DNA from: Alistipes sp.
Lineage (GTDB): Bacteria; Bacteroidota; Bacteroidia; Bacteroidales; Rikenellaceae
Length of the DNA: 64,000 nucleotides
Assembly: GCA_017624955.1 (NCBI GenBank)
Contig: JAGAMA010000042.1
Coordinates: forward strand, 30,318-94,317
Reading direction: 5' to 3'
Shown: piece by piece, positions 49,963 through 59,456 of the stretch
Position numbering within the stretch: the first letter of the stretch is position 1
How the letters are laid out: each line of letters starts with the position of its first letter
The notes under the pieces: generated by a model
What the model was told of the DNA's origin: nothing
What the model saw: only the letters and a program-made list of their open reading frames with translations
The model's database searches: none
Program-made: the position numbers and the translations under genes

Positions 49963-52797
49963 TTACTCGGCCTTCTCGACCTCGGGGCGCATCATGACCT
50001 TGATCTGGTTCTTATTCTCCAGGATCATCTTGGCGAAGGCCTGGATGTCGGCGTTGGTCGTCGATTTGATCGTAGTCTCCTGCTCGGCGAGGTGATCCAG
50101 ACCGCTGGTCCACTTCGAGGTGATGTAGCCCACCCAGCTCTGGTTCTTCTCCAGGCTCGAGGTCCACTCCTTGAGGAGGTACTCGCGGGTCTTCTCTACA
50201 TCCTCCGTCTTCGGACCGTTGGCGGCGATCTCCTCAATCTCCTTCAGGATGATCTCGCACAACTCGTCGGCCATTGCATCGTTCGTGTCGAACTGGATGT
50301 TCATCTCGTAGGTGGGCGTGGGGATGTACGAGAGCGAGCCCCAAACCTGTACGCCATACGTTCCACCCTTCTCCTCGCGGATCGACTCCAGGTAGCGGGC
50401 GTTGAGGGCCTGCGTGAGGTAGATCATATTGACACGGCTCTGCATCGTGTAATCCACGTCACCCGAGAAGATGTAGCGTACCGAAACCTTCGGCTGCTGC
50501 ATGGCGGTACGGAAGGTCTCATCGACCATGCCGCTCACATAGTCGGCGTTGTCATCCACGAAGGTCATCGGCTTCTTCGAGACGGGCAGCGAACCGAGGT
50601 ACTTCTCCACGAGCGGCTTCAGCACCTCCATATCAACATTACCCACGAAGTAGTAGGTGAAGCTGTTGCCATCGGGGAAGAGCTTCTTGTAGATCGGAGC
50701 CAGATCCTCGAACTTGTACTTCGCAAGCATCTCCTTCGAGAGCTCCTGACGGCGCGGGTTGTTGCCATAGGCAATCTCGGTCGTGCGCTTCTGCATCAGG
50801 TAGTCGGGGTTGCTCTCCAGGTTCTCAACCTGGGCATTGACGATGTTCATCACGGTCTGGTAGTCCGTCTCGTCGAAGCGGGGCTGCGTGAGGTGCAGGT
50901 AAACGAGCTGCAGGAGGGTCTCGATATCCTTCGGCGAGGTCGAACCCGAGATGCCGCTGCTGTAAGTCGAGGCATTGACAGCTACATGGGCCGTGTTGCC
51001 CGAGAGCTGCTTCTGCAACTCGATGCGCGAGAACTTACCAACACCCGACATCTGGCAGATGGCCGGCAGCAGCTCTGCGTAGATCGTCTCCTCGTCCGTC
51101 AGCACCGAAGCACCACCCTTGGCCGAGGCAACAAACATCACCTCGTCGGCCTTGAACGTCGTGGGCTTCACGACGACCTTGATGCCGTTCTTGAGCGTCC
51201 ACTCGGTCGTGCCGTAGGCCTCGTCGATCTTCGTCTTCTTCACGGGCGAACCCTTCAATACGGTACCCTCGGCGATCAGCGGCTCCTTTACGGTGTTATC
51301 CTCGTAGGGGGCAATCTCGCTCTTTGCGACCTTCTCGCGGATAGCGAGGATGTCGGCCTCGGTCGGCACGGCTACACCCTCCTTCTCGGGCGAGTTGATG
51401 ATGATCACCTGGTTCTTGTCCATGATTACCTGCTGAGCCAGCTGGTTGATTACCTCCACATTGAGGCTCTTGATGAGCATCGAGTCTAACTGCCACTCCG
51501 TCTCGGCATCGGGCATAGCCGCGTTCGAACGGAAGGCCTCCAGGTAGCGGTTTACATAGTAGCGGTTCTGCTGGTCGTTGCGGTTCTTGTAGCCACGCTC
51601 GGCGCTGGCCATCAGATCGTTCTGGGCACGCTCGAACTCACCGACCGTGAAACCGTGACGGCGGATGCGCTCCACCTCGGTCATGATGGCCTCATAACCC
51701 TTGGCCAGCTCGCCATCCTTCGTGGCTACGGCAGCTACCGTGGCGCTGAGCGTGGGGATGATGCCGATCGTACCGCCCGTGGCAATCTGACCACCGAGGA
51801 ACGGAGCATCGGGCTTCATGGCAATCTCCTGCAGACGGTCGCCAGCCATCGAGGCGAAATAGTGCTGCATGATGGCGAGCATCTCGGCGTAGATCGTGTT
51901 GTTTGCCTCCTTCGGCAGGGCGGGATACTTCATGAAGATCTGCGCCTGCGAGGCCTGCATCTCGGGATCGGTGTAGATCGAGACGATGGGCTGCTCATTG
52001 TCGGGCACGACGATTACCTCCTTCTTGGCGGCATCGGCCGGCGAGGCGGGAATGTCGCTCATCAGGCTCTTGATCTTCTGCTCGATTTGATCCACGTCGA
52101 TATCACCTACAACCACTAAGGCCTGATACTCGGGACGATACCAAGCAGCGTAGAAATCCTCCAGATCCGAGTACTTGAAGCCCTTCAGACCGTCGAGGTA
52201 ACCGATTAGGTTGCGCTCGGCATAGCGCGTACCCTGCCCCAGCGCCTGGAGCATCTTCATCGTCGAACGCCACTGTGCGTTGTCACGCGTGCGCAGCTCC
52301 TCCGAGATTACACCGCGCTCCGAGTCGATCTCCTTGGGCTGCAGGGCGATGAAGTGCGACCAGTCGTGCAGAATCAAGAGGGCCGAGTCGATCACGCCCT
52401 CGCGCTGTACGGGCACATCCGAGATGTTGTAGCACGTTTCGTCCCACGAAGTGTAGGCGTTCAGGTTGGCACCGAACTTTACGCCGATCGTCTCCAGGTA
52501 CTCGATCACCTGCTTACCGGGCAGGTTCTTCGTGCCGTTGAAGGCCATGTGCTCCAGGAAGTGGGCCAGACCCTGCTGGTTCTCCTCCTCCTGAATCGCG
52601 CCTACATGGTGTATGATATAGAAGTCGGCCTGGTTCTTCGGCTTCTCGTTGTGGCGGATGTAGTACGTCATGCCGTTCTCCAACGTACCCTTGCGGACAG
52701 CCTGATCCTCCGGAATCGGCTGCATGGGGTTGAACCCCTGTGCGGCGGCGCTCACCGTAAAGAGCGCAGCTGCAATCCATAAAGTGATTTTTCTCAT
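49963..52797 (-). CDS. M16 family zinc peptidase (insulinase-like, two-lobed), secreted
   Basis: 944 aa. Signal peptide MRKITLWIAAALFTVSAAA. HxxEH zinc motif in GLAHFLEHMAFNGT. Confidence 0.9.
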   Translation of the reverse strand: MRKITLWIAAALFTVSAAAQGFNPMQPIPEDQAVRKGTLENGMTYYIRHNEKPKNQADFYIIHHVGAIQEEENQQGLAHFLEHMAFNGTKNLPGKQVIEYLETIGVKFGANLNAYTSWDETCYNISDVPVQREGVIDSALLILHDWSHFIALQPKEIDSERGVISEELRTRDNAQWRSTMKMLQALGQGTRYAERNLIGYLDGLKGFKYSDLEDFYAAWYRPEYQALVVVGDIDVDQIEQKIKSLMSDIPASPADAAKKEVIVVPDNEQPIVSIYTDPEMQASQAQIFMKYPALPKEANNTIYAEMLAIMQHYFASMAGDRLQEIAMKPDAPFLGGQIATGGTIGIIPTLSATVAAVATKDGELAKGYEAIMTEVERIRRHGFTVGEFERAQNDLMASAERGYKNRNDQQNRYYVNRYLEAFRSNAAMPDAETEWQLDSMLIKSLNVEVINQLAQQVIMDKNQVIIINSPEKEGVAVPTEADILAIREKVAKSEIAPYEDNTVKEPLIAEGTVLKGSPVKKTKIDEAYGTTEWTLKNGIKVVVKPTTFKADEVMFVASAKGGASVLTDEETIYAELLPAICQMSGVGKFSRIELQKQLSGNTAHVAVNASTYSSGISGSTSPKDIETLLQLVYLHLTQPRFDETDYQTVMNIVNAQVENLESNPDYLMQKRTTEIAYGNNPRRQELSKEMLAKYKFEDLAPIYKKLFPDGNSFTYYFVGNVDMEVLKPLVEKYLGSLPVSKKPMTFVDDNADYVSGMVDETFRTAMQQPKVSVRYIFSGDVDYTMQSRVNMIYLTQALNARYLESIREEKGGTYGVQVWGSLSYIPTPTYEMNIQFDTNDAMADELCEIILKEIEEIAANGPKTEDVEKTREYLLKEWTSSLEKNQSWVGYITSKWTSGLDHLAEQETTIKSTTNADIQAFAKMILENKNQIKVMMRPEVEKAE

Positions 52798-52822
52798 AAC
52801 CTATTGTTAAAGTGTAAAATGT

Positions 52823-53044
52823 TTATTTATCAAGTTCTTCTTCGGCTCGATACTCAATGATATCGCTGGGCTGACAATCCAGCTCCCGACAAATCGCCTC
52901 GAGGGTCGAGAAACGGATCGCCTTCGCCTTACCCGTCTTGAGGATCGAGAGGTTGGCGGGCGTGATATTGACACGCTCGGCAAGCGCACCGAGTGAAATC
53001 TTGCGCTTGGCCATCATGACATCGATGTTGATAATTATCGCCAT
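52823..53044 (-). CDS. XRE/Cro-type HTH transcriptional regulator (YozG-like)
   Basis: 73 aa; KISLGALAERVNITPANLSILKTGKAKAIRFSTLEAICRELDCQPSDI is the YozG-type HTH. Confidence 0.85.
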   Translation of the reverse strand: MAIIINIDVMMAKRKISLGALAERVNITPANLSILKTGKAKAIRFSTLEAICRELDCQPSDIIEYRAEEELDK

Positions 53045-53103
53045 CGCTCACCCCCCCCCTTGCAATATGCTAACGTATTATTTTTCATGGTAGTATGTAG
53101 AAC

Positions 53104-53814
53104 TTAGATGGTCAATTTCTGCTCCTCGCCCAGGTCGCGCCCAATGGCAGTCAGCTCGGCCGCAAAGAGGATCAAAAGACCCATGATGAGCGTCGAGTAG
53201 TTGAATTGGAAGGCGGTGTTTACCGCGTAGGCCGTGTCGGTAACAAGCTCGGCTGCACGGTGATTCATCATCCAGTTCGAGAGGCTGTTGCAAAGCTCCG
53301 AAAAGATCGTCAGCAGGGCGATTACGCGCAAACGCCATACGTTGCTCTTCGCGAGCGGCATCTCCTCGCGGATCGAGCGGCGCACCGAGCGAATGATGAG
53401 CCACATGAGAACAATAATGACCAGGAAGGCCAGCGAGGCGGCTACCGTCATCCAATAGACCCAGGGCGAACCACCCACCGTCGCAAAGGCATACCACCAC
53501 ATCGAGTGGTTGCCGGCAGGCTCCGTGATGCGAAAGGTGATGGTCGAGGGAAAAGCCGTTACCTGACGGATCGAGTCGGCCGTTTCGAACATTACGGCAT
53601 CAGGCTGACGGAGCGGACAATTAAACAGCATGTAGCTGCTCTGTGGGGTAGTTTGGTTGAGCTGTGCGTTCAGATCCCGCCCCATGGTCGTACCGGCCTC
53701 CAGCCCTTGTCGGAATCCGGGAGCTACATCGAACGCCAGACCCGCGATCAACACCACGAAGAAGGTAACATAGATCGCCAGCAGGCGCTTCAGATAGGTC
53801 GTTTTGTTTTGCAT
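53104..53814 (-). CDS. DUF2975-like membrane protein (usual partner of YozG-type HTH)
   Basis: Start at ATG 53814 (MQNKTTYLKRLLAIYV). Several TM segments. It lies immediately upstream of the HTH gene, the usual arrangement. The family call is from memory. Confidence 0.65.
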   Translation of the reverse strand: MQNKTTYLKRLLAIYVTFFVVLIAGLAFDVAPGFRQGLEAGTTMGRDLNAQLNQTTPQSSYMLFNCPLRQPDAVMFETADSIRQVTAFPSTITFRITEPAGNHSMWWYAFATVGGSPWVYWMTVAASLAFLVIIVLMWLIIRSVRRSIREEMPLAKSNVWRLRVIALLTIFSELCNSLSNWMMNHRAAELVTDTAYAVNTAFQFNYSTLIMGLLILFAAELTAIGRDLGEEQKLTI

Positions 53815-53832
53815 AGTGTTCGTTTGTTGATG

Positions 53833-53840
53833 CAAATATA
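53833..53840 (-). promoter_or_regulatory. -7 box (TATATTTG) for DUF2975-HTH(-M16)
   Basis: Exact TAnnTTTG match 19 nt upstream of ATG 53814 on the minus strand. Confidence 0.45.
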
Positions 53841-53935
53841 ACGAAAAAGTCCGAAAAACAAACAAAACTTATTGTTTTTCGATAATATTCGTGACACGAC
53901 AAGGTGTTTTATACCAAATAATCGGAAATTTTTTC

Positions 53936-53943
53936 TATCTTTG
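53936..53943 (+). promoter_or_regulatory. -7 box (TATCTTTG) for the acyl-ACP thioesterase gene
   Basis: Exact TAnnTTTG match 23 nt upstream of ATG 53966. Confidence 0.45.
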
Positions 53944-53965
53944 TTCCCGTAACAAGCAAACGATT

Positions 53966-54691
53966 ATGGCAGACAAAGCATACTTTACCTACAAGGTCGA
54001 GCCGCAGAGCCTCGATTTTACCTCGCGCCTGAAATCTCCCGCGCTGATCATGTCGGCGCTCAATGCCGCCGGAGCCGATGCCCACAACAAGGGCTTCGAC
54101 TATGTCGATATGGAGAAGGATGACCATACCTGGGTCTTGAGCCGCATGGCGATCGAGGTGGCCTTCCGCCCGAAGCAGTACTCCGATTACGAGATCGAAA
54201 CCTGGATCAGCGACTACAACCGCCTGCTTTCGACCCGAAATTTCCGCATCTACGACGAGGATGGTAAGGAGTTTGCCAAGATGACCTCGCAGTGGGCGAT
54301 GCTCAATGTCAATACGCGCTCGGCGGTCGATTTGACCCTTACGGCCGATGTACACGATAAATATATGGTGCAGGAGGAGCCTCCCTGCGCTGCACCGTGC
54401 CGCCTGCGTGGTGTGACGGAGGGCGAGGAGTTCCGCCACACGGTGCGTTACAGCGATATCGACTTCAACCGCCACATGAACACGATTCGCTACGTTGAGA
54501 TGATCTTCGACCACCTCCCCGTGGAGGCTATTGCCGAGGATCGTCCCTTCCGCCTCGATCTGCACTTCCTGCACGAGGCCGTGCTGGGCGAGGTGCTGAC
54601 CATCTCGACCAAAGAGGAGGAGGGTCGCCTCCTATTTGAGATTTCGACGGTCGAGAATCCGTGTGTTCGCGCGGCACTCGCCTGGTTGTAG
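53966..54691 (+). CDS. acyl-[acyl-carrier-protein] thioesterase
   Basis: Start at ATG 53966 (MADKAYFTYKV). The double hot-dog pattern and the segments WVLSRMAIE and YSDIDFNRHMNTIRY are typical of the acyl-ACP thioesterase family. Confidence 0.78.
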   Translation: MADKAYFTYKVEPQSLDFTSRLKSPALIMSALNAAGADAHNKGFDYVDMEKDDHTWVLSRMAIEVAFRPKQYSDYEIETWISDYNRLLSTRNFRIYDEDGKEFAKMTSQWAMLNVNTRSAVDLTLTADVHDKYMVQEEPPCAAPCRLRGVTEGEEFRHTVRYSDIDFNRHMNTIRYVEMIFDHLPVEAIAEDRPFRLDLHFLHEAVLGEVLTISTKEEEGRLLFEISTVENPCVRAALAWL

Positions 54692-54708
54692 CACATTCGT
54701 TGGGACGA

Positions 54709-54747
54709 TAAAAAAAGAGGAATCCCGTTGCGGAATCCTCTTTTTTT
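54709..54747 (+). terminator. Rho-independent terminator (A7-hairpin-T7)
   Basis: AAAAAAAGAGGAATCC...GGAATCCTCTTTTTTT; the stem has one mismatch. Confidence 0.65.
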
Positions 54748-54761
54748 CATATCTTTACATT

Positions 54762-55898
54762 ATGAAAATCACGATTCTTGGCCCGGCACACCCTTATCGC
54801 GGTGGTTTAGCTTCGATTATGCAGACCATGGCGCGTGTCTATCAGCGCGATGGACACGAGGTCGATCTATGCACCTTTACCTTGCAATACCCCTCGCTGT
54901 TGTTTCCGGGCAAGAGCCAGACGGTTACCACCCCCGCCCCCGAAGATTTGAAGATTCGGCGCGAGGTCTCTACCGTCAATCCCCTGAATTGGTGGCGTGT
55001 GGGGCAGATGTTGCGCCGTGAGCGCCCCGATTTTATCCTCATGAAGTATTGGACCCCCTTCATGGCCCCCTGCTTTGGTGCGATTGCCCGCCTGGCGCGT
55101 AAGAACGGCCATACGAAGGTCTTGTGCCAGATCGATAACGTCGAACCGCATGAGCACCACCTGATCGACCGCCCCTGCAATAGCTATTTCCTCCATTCGG
55201 TCGATGGCTTTGTCTATATGTCGGACGAGGTCTATCGTCAGCTGCGCGACTATACCGATGCTCCGGCCCTCTTCTCGCCCCATCCGCGCTTTGAGAATTT
55301 TGGCGAGCGTGTGGATCGTACAGAGGCATGCGATCGGTTGGCGTTGGATCCGAAGGTGCGCTACGCCCTCTTTTTCGGCCTGATCCGCGACTATAAGGGG
55401 TTGGATCTGCTGCTCAAGGCGTGGGGCGCGATGAAGCGTACTGGGAAGACCGCAGGGCGCAAATTGATCGTGGCAGGCGAGTTCTATACCGCCCCCGAGC
55501 CCTACCATAAACTGATCGAAGCGGAGGGGATCTCGGATGAGGTGATTCTGCACGATCGCTTTATTCCCGACTCGGTGGTGGGGGATTACTTCTCGGCGGC
55601 CGACTTTGTGGTGTTGCCCTATCGCTCGGCCACGCAGAGCGGTGTGACGCAGATTGCTTACCAATTCTCGACCCCGATGATTGTGACCGATGTGGGCGGC
55701 CTGAAGGAGATCGTACCCGATGGCAAGGTGGGTTACCTTTGCCGGCCTACACCTTCATCGATTGCCGAGAAGATCGAGCAGATGTGGCAGGGCGACAACA
55801 TGGAGCGTTTCCACCAAAACTGCCTCACGGAGCGCGAACGATTCTCGTGGGAGGAGATGTGCTCGAAGCTGATGGCGGTGTATGATATGGTAAAGTAG
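54762..55898 (+). CDS. glycosyltransferase family 4
   Basis: Start at ATG 54762 (MKITILGPAHPYRGG). C-terminal GT-B region FVVLPYRSATQSGVTQIAYQFSTPMIVTDVGGLKEIV. Confidence 0.82.
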   Translation: MKITILGPAHPYRGGLASIMQTMARVYQRDGHEVDLCTFTLQYPSLLFPGKSQTVTTPAPEDLKIRREVSTVNPLNWWRVGQMLRRERPDFILMKYWTPFMAPCFGAIARLARKNGHTKVLCQIDNVEPHEHHLIDRPCNSYFLHSVDGFVYMSDEVYRQLRDYTDAPALFSPHPRFENFGERVDRTEACDRLALDPKVRYALFFGLIRDYKGLDLLLKAWGAMKRTGKTAGRKLIVAGEFYTAPEPYHKLIEAEGISDEVILHDRFIPDSVVGDYFSAADFVVLPYRSATQSGVTQIAYQFSTPMIVTDVGGLKEIVPDGKVGYLCRPTPSSIAEKIEQMWQGDNMERFHQNCLTERERFSWEEMCSKLMAVYDMVK

Positions 55899-55899
55899 C

Positions 55900-56036
55900 G
55901 TTGAAAGTTGAAAGTTGAGAGTTGAAAGTTTTTTTGTCGTGCTTTCAGCCGCTCAACAAAAAGGGAGATAGTCAAACCGGTGACTATCTCCCTTTTTGTT
56001 GAGCTAACTTTCAACTCTCAACTTTCAATTTTCAAC
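55900..56036. repeat. nested palindrome: 31-nt GTTGAAAG-unit arms enclosing the 24-bp terminator hairpin
   Basis: The arms 55900-55930 and 56006-56036 are reverse complements with one mismatch. They abut the stop codons of the two convergent genes. Confidence 0.85.
55951..56004. terminator. perfect 24-bp hairpin acting as a bidirectional terminator between convergent genes
   Basis: GCTCAACAAAAAGGGAGATAGTCA-aaccgg-TGACTATCTCCCTTTTTGTTGAGC. Confidence 0.7.
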
Positions 56037-57443
56037 TTACTGCTTGATGTTCGGCAGCTCTAGGCCGTAACCCTTCTTCTTGTCCTCGATCTTGAGGTAG
56101 AAGCTCATGATGAAGGCCAGCACGCCAAACGACGAGAAGATGACCATCGGCGCAACATAGCTACCCGTAGCATCGAGTACCGTACCGATCAGGAGCGGCA
56201 CCAGGCAGAGACCGATGTTCTGAATCCAGAAAATCACGCAGTAGGCCGAGCCCAGAATCTTCGAGTCGATGATCTTGGGTACCGAGGGCCACAGGGCAGC
56301 GGGTACGAGCGAGAACGAAACACCCAGCGTAACCACCAACAGCAGAGCCAGACCCTTCGAGGGGAACATCGGCAGCAGGAAGGCGAACGAAAGGTGGCAG
56401 GCAATCATAATCACGGCACCCACCATCAGCATCGTAGCACCCTTACCCTTGAAGTCGAGCAACGCACCGAGGAAGGGCGTGAGGCACATGGCCAGCACGG
56501 GGAAGCAGCTGAACAGACGAGCTGCCGACTCAGCGTCGATACCGAGCGTCACCTCCAGGAAGTTCGGAGCGTAGCGCTGGAAGGGGAAGATGGCCGAGTA
56601 GTAGAGCACGCAGAGCAGTGCCACGAGCCAGAACATCTTCGACGAGAAGATCTTGCCCAGGTCCTTGATCTGGAACTCCTCCTCCGAGGTCTCCTCCTTC
56701 TTCTCGCCCGAGGCGATCAACTGCTTATCGAACTTCTGATCCATCAGCACGAAGATTGCATAGTTCAAAAGGCCGATGATGAGCAGCACCGTGCAGAAGG
56801 CTACGGGGGCTACGACCGACTGATCGAACCAACCCGAAACCATCGGGGCGAGCCACATCACGGCGAATACACCCAGACGGGCGATGGCCATCTCCATACC
56901 CATAGCGAGAGCCATCTCCTTGCCCTCGAACCACTTGGCAATGGCCTTCGAGACGGTCGTACCGGCCATCTCACAACCGCAACCAAAGATCATGAAGCCG
57001 AGCGAGGCAACCTTCGCACTTGCAGGGAACGAAGTCCACCACGAGCCGAGCCATGCGCAGAACTCGGTGGTCTGGAACCAATCCGTGATACCTACATACT
57101 TGATGCAGGCACCGAGTACCATCAGCGAGGCCGACAGCAGACCCGTGAAGCGGATACCCATCTTGTCGAGGATGATACCGGCGAAGATGAGGAAGAAGAC
57201 AAAGACATTCAGAAAGTACTCCGAGGCGGCATACGTTCCGAAGGTCGAGCTGTCCCAGCCGCGCTCCTGCTCAATGAGCGATTTGAGCGGCGACATCACA
57301 TCGACAAACATGTAGGCAAAGAACATCATCGAGGCGATGAGAAACAGCGCGCCCCAACGAAGATACCATTTGTCGTTCATTTTTTGTGTCAAAGTTTGCG
57401 TCATAGTTTTTATGAATTTAAGTTTGTTTAGTCGTTTAATCAT
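56037..57443 (-). CDS. MFS transporter
   Basis: 468 aa with about 12 TM segments. The start is uncertain: Met1 (57443) overlaps the upstream stop by 8 nt; alternatives are 57404 and 57380. Confidence 0.8.
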   Translation of the reverse strand: MIKRLNKLKFIKTMTQTLTQKMNDKWYLRWGALFLIASMMFFAYMFVDVMSPLKSLIEQERGWDSSTFGTYAASEYFLNVFVFFLIFAGIILDKMGIRFTGLLSASLMVLGACIKYVGITDWFQTTEFCAWLGSWWTSFPASAKVASLGFMIFGCGCEMAGTTVSKAIAKWFEGKEMALAMGMEMAIARLGVFAVMWLAPMVSGWFDQSVVAPVAFCTVLLIIGLLNYAIFVLMDQKFDKQLIASGEKKEETSEEEFQIKDLGKIFSSKMFWLVALLCVLYYSAIFPFQRYAPNFLEVTLGIDAESAARLFSCFPVLAMCLTPFLGALLDFKGKGATMLMVGAVIMIACHLSFAFLLPMFPSKGLALLLVVTLGVSFSLVPAALWPSVPKIIDSKILGSAYCVIFWIQNIGLCLVPLLIGTVLDATGSYVAPMVIFSSFGVLAFIMSFYLKIEDKKKGYGLELPNIKQ

Positions 57444-59424
57444 TCAGCGGTGCATAGCGTTTCAGCACCTCGTAGGCCTCCCGGATGCCCAGCTCGCCCG
57501 CCTTCGAGATATCGAGGCATCCCTTGCGCGTATCCTTCATGAAGATCTGCACGATACCGCGGTTGTAGTAGGCCTCGGCAAAGTGGGGATTGAGCTCAAT
57601 GGCGCGCGTGTAATCCTCGTAGGCCGCCGGCAGGTCACCCGACAGGGCGCTGAGGTTGGCGCGGTTGTAGTAGGCGTAGGCGAAGTCGGGGTAGAGCTTC
57701 AATACCTTGTTCAGGTCGGCCGTTGCCTCGTCGTAGCTGTAGGTACGCTTCGAGTTGTTGTGCAGGCGGTTTGCCGGATCCGAATCGATCGTAATGCGCT
57801 GATACGAATTGTCGATCGAGGAGATGAAGTCGATCATCTCGGCCCGCGTGGTCGAACGGTTCAGGTAGAGGAACGGATTCGAGGGGTTGAGCTCGATGGC
57901 CGAGGTGTAGGTGTTCACCGAGTTGGTGTACTGCTTGATGAGCGACTGCGAGATACCGCGCTCAAAGAGATCCACCCACGAGGGATCGCTCACGTTGATC
58001 TGGCGCGTGTACTCCTTGTCGAGCATCACGAGCGTATCGGCCGGCAGTGACGAGTCGCGCCACGAGAGGGCAAGATAGCGGTTGTCGATGCGCTTGAGGA
58101 AATCCTCCAGGCGCTTCGGGTTGTAGCGCTTCATCCCCACCGCCGAGTCGGGCTGCATGAGCGTAAATTTGAAGAGCGGCAAAAGGCGCATCTCCTCGCG
58201 CGCACCCCCTTGCGCCGTGATGCGGTTGAACGACGAGCCGGCAAACTTGCTGTCGAACGAGAGCAGCTTATCGAAATGTTGCGTCGTGTCGGCATAGATC
58301 GAGTAGGTGCTGTCGCTCAGACGGTCGCGGTAGGCGGCAATCTTCTTTTGGGCCGTCTGCTGGTCGCTGCGGGCACCCTTCTGATCGCGCAGCAGGGCAC
58401 GCAGTCGTCCGCGATAGATGTAGGCGTTGGCGAAGTCGGGGTAGAGCTCGATGGCCGACGTGTAGTCGGCAATGGCCTTTTCGATTTCACCCAGCTGGGC
58501 GTGTACATTGGCGCGGTTGTAGTAGACCAAGACATTATTGGGCGAGTAGAGGGCCACTTTGTCGTAATCCTCCAGCGCGCGGTTGTAATCGCCGATGTTG
58601 CTGCGCAGAATGGCGCGGTTGAAGTAGGTGAGCGAGTTCGTCGAGTCGAGGCTGATCACCTTGTCAAAATCGGCCAGGGCAGCCATCGGACGGTGCGTGT
58701 CGGAGTAGACCAGCGCACGGTTGAAGTACGAAAGCAGGTAGGTCGAGTCGCAGGCGATCGCCCTATTGAAATCCTCCTCGGCCTCCTTGAAGCGTTGCTG
58801 CTGCAGGTAGAGCGCACCGCGACGGTTGTAGCCGTTCGGGCTTTCGCGGTTGGTGCGAATGCCACGCTCGAAATCCTCGTAGGCCTTCAGCGTATCCTTC
58901 AGGTGCAGGTAGCTCAATCCGCGACAAATGTAGGCATCGGCCACCTTGTTTTCGTGGCGCACAAATTTGTCGAAGTCCGCGATGGCCTCCTCGAATTGCT
59001 GATTCAGGAGGCGCGTTACGCCACGGCTGTAGTAGGGCCCCGGGAGGTCGGGACGTAGGTCGATCGCCTCGCGGAAATCTTGCAAGGCATCGTCGTAATT
59101 ACCTAATCGTGAGCGTGTAATGGCGCGGTAGGTGTAGGCCTGCGTATAGACCGGATTGAGCCGAATGGCGGTTGTGAAGTCCGCCTCGGCACCCAACAGA
59201 TCGTCGAGGTTGTATTTGGCAATGCCGCGCAGGAAATACCCCTCGAAGGCCTCCTCGTCGAAGCGCAGCAGCGTGTTGAGCGTGCGGATGGCCTCCTGGT
59301 AGTCGTTGTTCATCATGCAACGACGACCCACCCAGAAGAAATATTCTCGGTTGTACTGCGCCGATACCTCGGTCGTAAGCACGAGGAGCAGGAGCGCCAA
59401 AAGGAGTCGTCTGAAAAGTTGCAT
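57436..59424 (-). CDS. tetratricopeptide-repeat (TPR) protein, secreted
   Basis: Signal peptide MQLFRRLLLALLLLVLTTEVSA. More than ten 34-residue repeats of the pattern A..DF..AI.L.P....AY..RG. Confidence 0.85.
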   Translation of the reverse strand: MQLFRRLLLALLLLVLTTEVSAQYNREYFFWVGRRCMMNNDYQEAIRTLNTLLRFDEEAFEGYFLRGIAKYNLDDLLGAEADFTTAIRLNPVYTQAYTYRAITRSRLGNYDDALQDFREAIDLRPDLPGPYYSRGVTRLLNQQFEEAIADFDKFVRHENKVADAYICRGLSYLHLKDTLKAYEDFERGIRTNRESPNGYNRRGALYLQQQRFKEAEEDFNRAIACDSTYLLSYFNRALVYSDTHRPMAALADFDKVISLDSTNSLTYFNRAILRSNIGDYNRALEDYDKVALYSPNNVLVYYNRANVHAQLGEIEKAIADYTSAIELYPDFANAYIYRGRLRALLRDQKGARSDQQTAQKKIAAYRDRLSDSTYSIYADTTQHFDKLLSFDSKFAGSSFNRITAQGGAREEMRLLPLFKFTLMQPDSAVGMKRYNPKRLEDFLKRIDNRYLALSWRDSSLPADTLVMLDKEYTRQINVSDPSWVDLFERGISQSLIKQYTNSVNTYTSAIELNPSNPFLYLNRSTTRAEMIDFISSIDNSYQRITIDSDPANRLHNNSKRTYSYDEATADLNKVLKLYPDFAYAYYNRANLSALSGDLPAAYEDYTRAIELNPHFAEAYYNRGIVQIFMKDTRKGCLDISKAGELGIREAYEVLKRYAPLND

Positions 59425-59456
59425 TTGGAACTAAAACGGGTCTTGGGGTGGTTTTA

